DNA of 64,000 nucleotides from Macrostomum lignano (Eukaryota): NCBI GenBank assembly GCA_002269645.1, contig NIVC01000725.1, positions 310,296 to 374,295 of the forward strand, read 5' to 3'. Shown piece by piece: positions 56,356 to 64,000 of this stretch (position 1 is its first letter; each line of letters starts with the position of its first letter). The notes under the pieces were generated by a model. It saw only the letters and a program-made list of their open reading frames with translations, ran no database searches and was not told where the DNA came from. The position numbers and the translations under genes were made by a program.

Positions 56356-59300
56356 TCACAACTTTGTGCCAAAAGCTTCTACCAAAGTTTCATCATCCTG
56401 CTCAAAGTGCTCAAAGTTGTCCCTGCGGCAACAGTCGCAGCAGTTGCAGTCTTTGTCGCCGCCTGTGTCACCATCATCTTTGTCTCGAACTTCTCCCTCT
56501 CCATCTTCTTCGCCGTCGCTCTCGTCACCGATGAGGCGCGTGATCGCCTCCTCGGAATCGAACTTGGGACGTCGCAGCCTCGTCAACTGGTGCTGCTCGG
56601 TGCTGCTGGGCCGGCAGCTCAGGTCCAGCTGAGTGCAGAAGCTGCTCGGTTCGTAGGCCCGCGAGCGAACCAAGTCAAAGTTGATGCGACCTTTGAAGAA
56701 CGGCGACCTGGCCAGAGCGGACAGGGAGACAATTCGTCTTTCGGGCAACTTCTGCAGCAGCCGTTCGATGGTGTAGCGGCACTCCCAGGTGAGACTGGCC
56801 GGCGCCTCGAAGCTGTGCTGCCGGACCAGCTGGCGCATCTGGCGGCATGGTTGGCGCCGCGTGCAGCGGAAACTGCAACAAATGTCCATCAGCTTTGAAA
56901 GAATTTAAAGCTGGTGAATTTGTATGCCAAGGACTACTTAAGTAGAAGGACGCGAAACTATGTTTCTGGGAAAATTTTAGGGAGGCAGGACTTTCCGAAA
57001 AAATACACTACGGAGATAGGAAGTTTCCATTTTTTCAGCACGAAAGTTGTTATTGCTTTCGATAGGAATTCTTAGCTGACTGTGTAACAATATGTGTAAC
57101 AGAAATGATAAAACAGATTCATAAAACCAAAGAGCCGAGCCGTGCACTTCTATTGGTCTTTAGGCCAATCCTATATACTAAAAATGAAATGTCTGTAACT
57201 AACTAGCTATGCGATAGATTTCAGAAAAAATGGCTCAACCGATTTTCTTCAAACTTGCACCATTCGATCAGAAATTTTCCTGGGACGGTACATGCATCTT
57301 GGCTAAGAAATTGCTCAATGTTAAAGGGATTAAATATTCGAAAAACATGCTTTTTTGCAAAGGTCAAGCAGCTCTTTCGACCTGAAATGCATTGTAAGAA
57401 TGCTAGAGAAAAAACTGACTGGCTGAATTACGATTGTGATAAAGATTGCATCACAACAAGTTGAAAACAGTGCCACAGAAACGCACACAAGACTTCATTG
57501 AAATTGCGTAACCATATTGCTAACTTGAATTTAGACTGATACTGGCTGACTGAGAAATTGATTATGTCATAACTTTTTACTCTAACCGACTTGCTATAAG
57601 AATTTATTATAAGGGCCACAATTCAAGTTCTCCGATTGAAAAGAGATAGCCGGATGCAAACAAACTGGAATGCTAATGTAGCGACCTTGGTTCGAATCTT
57701 AGTAGTGAAAAATGTTTTTTTTATTAAAACACCTTAAAAACACAAAATTCTAAACATTAAAGAGCCACCATTTCAAACATTAAAGAGCCACAATGTCAAA
57801 CATTAAAGAGCCACCATTTCAAACCTATAAGAGCCACCATGTCGAACATTAAAGAGCCACCATTTCAAACATTAAAGAGCCACAATGTCAAACATTAAAG
57901 AGCCACCATTTCAAACCTAAAAGAGCCACCATGTCGAACATTAAAGAGCCACCATGTCGAACATAAAAGAGCCACCATATCAAACATAAAAGAGTTACTA
58001 TGTCAAACATTAAAGAGCCACCATGTCGAACATTAAAGAGCCACAATGTCAAACATTTAAGAGCCACCATTTCAAACCTAAAAGAGCCACCATGTCGAAC
58101 ATTAAAAAGCCACCATGTCAAACATTAAAAAGCCACCATGTCAAACATTAAAGAGCCGCCATGTCAAACATAAAACAGACACCATTAAGAACATTAAAGA
58201 GCCACCATGTCGAACATAAAAGAGCCACCATGTAGAACATAAAAGAGTCACCATGTCAAACATTAAAGAGCCACCATGTAAAACATTAAAGAGCCACCAT
58301 GTCGAACATAAAAGAGGTACCATGTCAAACATTAAAGACCCACCAGGTCAAACATGAAAGTGCCACCATGTCAAATATTAAAAAGCCACCATGTCAAACA
58401 TTAAAGAGCCACCAGGTCAAACATGAAAGTGCCACCATATAAAACATTAAAGAGCCACCAGGTCAAACATATACATGACTCCATGTCAAACATATACGTG
58501 ACTCCATGTCAAGCATTGAAGAGACACCATGTCGAACATAAAAGAGCCACCATGCAAAACATAAAAGAGCCACCATGTCTAACATTAAAGAGCCACCATG
58601 CAAAACATAAAAGAGCCACCATGTCTAACATTAAAGAGCCACCATGTCAAACATATACATGACTCCATGTCAAACGTTAAAGAGACACCATGTCAAACAT
58701 TGAAGAGCCACCATGTCAAACATTTAAGAGCCACCATGTAAAACATATACGTAACTCCATGTCAAACATTAAAGCGACACCATGTCGAACATAAAAGAGC
58801 CACCATGTCGAACATTAAAGAGCCACCATGTCGAACATAAAAGAGCTACCATGTCAAACATTAAAGAGCCACCATGTTAAACATAAAAGAGCCATCATGT
58901 CAAACATATAAGTGACTTTATGTCGAACATTAAAGAGCCACCATGTCTAACATTAAAGAGCCACCATGTCCAACATTAAAGAGCCACCATGTCAAAAATT
59001 AAAGAGCCACCATGTCTATCATTAAAGAGCCATCATGTCAAACATTAAAGAGCTACTTTGTCTAACATTAAAGAGCCACCATGTCAAACATTAAAGAGCC
59101 ACCATGTCAAACATAAAAGAGCCACCTTTTTGAACATTAAAGAGCCACCATTTCGAACATTAAAGAGCCACCATGTTAAACATTAAAAAGCCACTTTGTC
59201 AAACATAGAAGAGCCCCATGTCAAACATAGAAGAGCCCCCATGTCAAACATAGAAGAGCCCCCATGTCAAACATAGAAGAGCCACTATGTCAGACATTGA

Positions 59301-62300
59301 AAAGCCACCGTATCAAACATAAAAGAGTTAACATGTACGAGCGTAGAACATAAAAGAGCCACCCTGTTAAACATAAAAGATACACAATTTCAAACGTAAA
59401 AATAAGCGAATTTTAAAGGAGCCGCTATAATGCTAAGGAAATTGTCGCACTAGCTACTTATTGTCTGGTGGATGCTTGCTATTTGGGGATGCTATCTATC
59501 TTGGGGATGCTTGCTATCTGGGGGATGCTTGCTATCTGGGGGATGCTTGCTATCTGGGGGATGCTTGCTATCTGGGGGATGCTTGCTATCTGGGGGATGC
59601 TTGCTATCTGGGGATGCTTGCTATCTGGGGGATGCTTGCTATCTGGGGGATGCTTGCTATCTGGGGGATGCTTGCTATCTGGGGGATGCTTGCTATCTGG
59701 GGGATGCTTGCTATCTTGGGGATGCTTGCTATCTTGGGGATGCTTGCTATCTGGGGATGCTTGCTATCTGGGGGATGCTTGCTATCTGGGGGATGCTTGC
59801 TATCTGGGGGATGCTTGCTATCTGGGGGATGCTTGCTATCTGGGGGATGCTTGCTATCTGGGGGATGCTTGCTATCTGGGGGATGCTTGCAATCTGGGGG
59901 ATGCTTGCTATCTGGGGGATGCTTGCTATCTGGGGGATGCTTGCTATCTGGGGGATGCTTGCTATCTGGGGGATGCTTGCTATCTGGGGGATGCTTGCTA
60001 TCTGGGGGATGCTTGCTATCTGGGGGATGCTTGCTATCTGAGGGATGCTTGCTATCTTGGGGATGCTTGCTATCTGGGGGATGCTTGCAATCTGGGGGAT
60101 GCTTGCTATCTGGGGGATGCTTGCTATCTGGGGGATGCTTGCTATCTAGGGGATGCTTGCTATCTGGGGGATGCTTGCTATCTAGGGGATGCTTGCTATC
60201 TAGGGGATGCTTGCTATCTGGGGGATGCTTGCAGTCTTGGGATGATTTCTTTTTGCAATGCACTTCATTTGAGCAGTTTGTCTGTTGTCTTTTTGAAGGA
60301 TTTTTGGCTGTCTTTTTGTTACTTGTAGAAAACAGAGATTCTATCCAGATGTCCCCCATCGTCTTCTTATATACTAAATCTCTAATCTATGTCTGTCTGT
60401 CCGTGTAAAACGCTCTACAGACTGCAATTCTTGACCAATTTTGATTGCGTTTTCACCAAAAAGTTGCAACTCAACCAAGGATTGTATGGTTAACATTTCT
60501 TTTATCTGCTTCAATTCTAAAGGTCTTAAATATTCAAAAAACTGTATTTTCCCTATCTAATTAGTGTATTTTTCTCGCAGTGAGAGCTCGAAAAATAATA
60601 ATACGTCTATGGCCATAGACTAAACTTTAACTTCTTGAGCTGATGCTACGAGCTATAAATAATTAAATTATTCGCAAGCTTCAGAGTATGCACGTGGGAG
60701 ATAAAAATATATTAAATTAATTTTCATTTATTTTTAGCTTGTGCCTGGACTAATCGAACATTTTTTGATTAAAAGCAACTACTAGCAATTTAAGCCCCCC
60801 GTTGGGGGACGCAAGAATGACGCCAAGTGGTTTTTATTTTGGCCAATGAGTAATAACCTTACTTATTATTCAAAATCCATTAATCAAAACTTACTTTTTC
60901 TCATTTTTGGCAAAAATAAATTGCCATGAATCAAAACCTTCACCAGCCAAAGGCTAACTGGGAGGAATTGCTGAGTTGTCAAGGCTTACTAGGGGAATTT
61001 CTGAGATTTCAAGGTTTACTGGGGAATTGCTGAGTTGTCAAGGCTTACTGGGAGAATTGCTGAGACTTCAAGGCTTACTGGGGGAATTTCTGAGATTTCA
61101 AGGTTTACTGGGGGAATTGCTGAGTTGTCAAGGCCTACTGGGAGAATTGCTGAGACTTCAAGGCTTACTGGGGGAATTTCTGAGATTTCAAGGTTTACTG
61201 GGGAATTACTGAGACTTCAAGGCTTACTGGGGGAATTTCTGAGATTTCAAGGTTTACTGGGGGAATTGCTGAGTTGTCAAGGCTTACTGGGGGAATTTCT
61301 GAGATTTCAAGGCTTACTCAGGAAATTGCTGAGATTTCAAGGCTTTCTTGGATGAATTGCTGAGTTGTCAAGGCTTACTGGGGGAATTGCTGCAATCTCG
61401 AGGCTTACTGGACTGGGAGAATTGCGTAGATGCCAAGGCTCGAGTTTAATTGCTGCAATGTCAAGGCTTACTGGGGGATTTCTGAGATGTCAAGGCTTAA
61501 TGGGGTAATTGCTGCGATGTCGAGGCTTACTGGGGAAATTTCTGAGACTTCAAGGCTTACTGGGGGAATTTCTGAGATTTCAAGGCTTACTCAGGAAATT
61601 GCTGAGATTTCAAGGCTTTATTGGATGAATTGCTGAGTTGTCAAGGCCTACTGGGGGAATTGGTGAGTTGTCAAGGCCTACTGGGGGAATTGCTGAGACT
61701 TCAAGGCTTACTGGGGGAATTTCTGAGATTTCAAGGTTTACTGTGGGAATTGCTGAGTTGTCAAGGCTTACTGGGGGAATTGCTGAGATGTGAAGGCTTA
61801 CTGGGGGAATTGCTGAGTTGTCAAGGCCTACTGGGGGAATTGTGAGAAGTCAAGACTTACTGGAGGAATTACTGAGATTCGAGACTTACTGGGGAATTAC
61901 TGAGACTTCAAGGCTTACTGGGGGAATTGCTGAGATTTCAAGGCTTTCTTGGATGAATTGCTGAGATGTCAAGGCTTACTGGGGAAATTGCTTAGACTTC
62001 AAGACTTACTGGAAGAATAACTGAGATTCGAGACTTACTGGGGAGTTACTGAGATTTCAAGGCTTACTGGGGGAATTGCTGAGATGTCAAGGCTTACTGA
62101 GAGGAATTGCTGAGATGTCAAGGCTTACTGGGGAAATTATTGAGATGTTATCAAGGCTTATGGCATATTGAGCTCCTGCTGCGGACCAGAATATGCCCAG
62201 GCCAATGACGATATGCCCTAAGAGTTTGTGCTTGAAAGGATAAGTACTATTTGCTGAATGAGAAAGGGTTTTGGGCTGATGAAGGAAACTTTGGCTGGTG

Positions 62301-64000
62301 AAGGTTTTGATTCATGGCAATTTATTTTTGCCAAAAATGAGAAAAAGTAAGTTTTGATTAATGGATTTTGAATAATAAGTAAGGTGATTACTCATTGGCC
62401 AAAATAAAAACCACTTGGCGTCATTTTTGCGCCCCCCATCGGGGGGCGAAGATTGCTAGTAGAATCCTAATTTTCTAAACGGAAAGCTCTATGAATATCA
62501 ATAGAGCTACTCGTATAAGATTTTTTTTATTAGAGGCAGGGGGGTTGTGTGCACCCTGGCGCACTTTAAGCGACATTGTCACACAACCGGCGAGAGGCAT
62601 TACTGCCCATTCCGCCGACTCCCCTGAGCAGGCACACAAGCGCGCGGATACGTACGCAGGCACACACTCACAAAGGAGTGTACAGCGGCCCTAACTTTAT
62701 ATTATCGTTAGGCATGTACACTTCACTGCGCCTTGGGGGGTTGGCTCTCAAGGCCGTTAATTACACGAGCAGAGCCAAGCCGAGATTCCAATTCAGCCCC
62801 AAATTAATGTGACTGCACTTGGAATCGAGCCTGGCTCGCTGGCACGCCAGAGCGTGCGCTAGACCCCCTTACTCGTATAAGATAGGCAAAGCATATTAAA
62901 AGAATAACATTGGGTCTGTCTCCTATCGAAAGCAATAACAATTTTTGTGCTGAAAAATGATAGCTTCTTATCTACTTTAGTAGTAGTCCTTCTACTTTAG
63001 TGGTCCTTGAGTTTTACAAGTATATTAAATTTATAAAAAGTATAGAGGCTTGGCAAGCGCATTTTGTTTAAGTTTATGAAGCTCACCTTTCCAGTGACTA
63101 GGGCGTAGAACAGGATGCCCAGGGACCACCAATCGACGCTGTGATTGTACGGCCGGCCGCAGAGCATCTCAGGTGCTGGAATGAACAGGTTGTGACCCAG
63201 CATTGCCCTAGGTCAGACAGAGGGGGAAGTGACCCCAGCCGGTAGTTTTACAATTAAATTCTGCTGAGCCATGCTTGGGTGAGCGAGATTATGCTAATTT
63301 TCTCTGCGCACTGGCCTAAGACTTTGGCCTGGTGCCAAAATGTTCTAAATAAACTTTCTAGTTGCATCTAGACTGCCTGATCAAACAATCTTGTTTTGAC
63401 GCTGAGGCCTTGCTTAAGTCATTAAACGAAAAGAACATATTCTTATTCGTGAATTGTATTTAACGGTGAATTAAAGGGGGTCTGTTGACCCAGAATAAAC
63501 CTAATTAATAAAGATGGAAAAAAGCTTCTTTAAACAAAGTAATTTAAAATTAATTTTGGTGCCTCGACTGCACGAAAGCTGCAACTGTTTACTGGGTGGC
63601 TGCTTTATCAAGTGCGCAGTTACTGCCAACTCTGGAATGGCATTTCAGGCATTTCAGCTGATTAATTCTTGTAGTATTTAAATTTCCAAGCCAACAATAC
63701 GCTTGTAACACTTTAACTTTATAATAAAGAAGTCAGAATTGCTGATTTGCCAAGCAATAAAATGACGGCGCAACATCGAGTCTTTGCTCAAAAAACTCCT
63801 ACTTGGTCAAAGTGCAACAACACTTGACGAAACCTCACCTGAGTAAGCCAGAGTACCGCACATGGTCCTCGTCACCTGACCCCTTCGAAGCCACTTGCTC
63901 AAGCCGAAGTCAATCAGTACGAGATGACCGTCCGAGTCCATGACGACATTCTCCAGCTTGAGGTCGCGAAACACGACACCAGAGTCGTGCAAGAAGTCGA
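56356..64000 (-). CDS. RSKR: RSKR/SGK494-like AGC Ser/Thr kinase, 3' part; exons 63839-64000 (partial), 63087-63175, 56356-56872
   Basis: [39 protein letters not shown]|[30 protein letters not shown]|FPL...[21 protein letters not shown]; GT-AG junctions phase-consistent; one frameshift early in the last exon. Confidence 0.8.
57760..59390. repeat. 23-bp minisatellite (AAACATTAAAGAGCCACCATGTC) in the kinase intron
   Basis: About 70 moderately diverged units. Confidence 0.95.
59470..60240. repeat. 18-bp minisatellite (GCTTGCTATCTGGGGGAT) in the kinase intron
   Basis: About 42 units. Confidence 0.96.
60605..60620. other. Perfect 16-bp palindrome GTCTATGGCCATAGAC
   Basis: Joins the two half-sites found around the recombinase and the Merlin foldback. 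Confidence 0.6.
60779..62462. mobile_element. Foldback element with about 174-bp TIRs ending in GC hairpin + CTAG, filled by a 29-30-bp minisatellite (about 60955-62150)
   Basis: Arms 60779-60952 / 62289-62462 are nearly identical; internal unit GAATTGCTGAGATTTCAAGGCTTACTGGGG. Confidence 0.88.
62521..62869 (-). mobile_element. tRNA-derived SINE family 2, second copy, 14-bp TSD
   Basis: Highly similar to 37100-37463; TSD TACTCGTATAAGAT at about 62508-62521 and 62870-62883. Confidence 0.9.

Noticed and set aside
62270-62300. Hammerhead ribozyme core (CTGATGA...GAAAC); also CTGATGA near 2613
   Set aside because: No stem II between the motifs and no flanking helices.

Overview
Eukaryotic (animal) genomic DNA; spliced GC-rich exons separated by minisatellite-packed introns suggest a free-living flatworm such as Macrostomum lignano (inference from sequence style only). 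Supported genes: TMEM87 (3' part, +), an intronless DEG/ENaC channel with FaNaC-like TM2 (-), a MIEAP/SPATA18-like gene (+), an intronless peptide-type class A GPCR (+), OGFOD2 (+, frameshifted, probable GC-AG intron), a GT10 alpha-1,3-fucosyltransferase (+), an mGluR-like class C GPCR (+), a two-exon secreted six-Cys prepropeptide hidden from the ORF track (+), and RSKR/SGK494 kinase (3' part, -). Mobile DNA: a decayed Crypton-type tyrosine recombinase, a Merlin transposase remnant inside a foldback, a Tc1 deletion derivative, Gypsy and RTE fragments, two tRNA-derived SINE families, several MITE/foldback elements and more than 20 distinct tandem arrays. Best leads: (1) a recurring GTCTAT-GGCC / GGCC-ATAGAC junction motif around the recombinase and Merlin foldback, with the joined palindrome GTCTATGGCCATAGAC at 60605, resembling a tyrosine-recombinase site system; (2) the mytilin/CS-alpha-beta-like peptide; (3) a foldback with Helitron-like 3' termini at both ends; (4) edge-to-edge filling of introns by private minisatellites. 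No rRNA, true tRNA or CRISPR array was found. All alignments were made by eye; no database searches were run.
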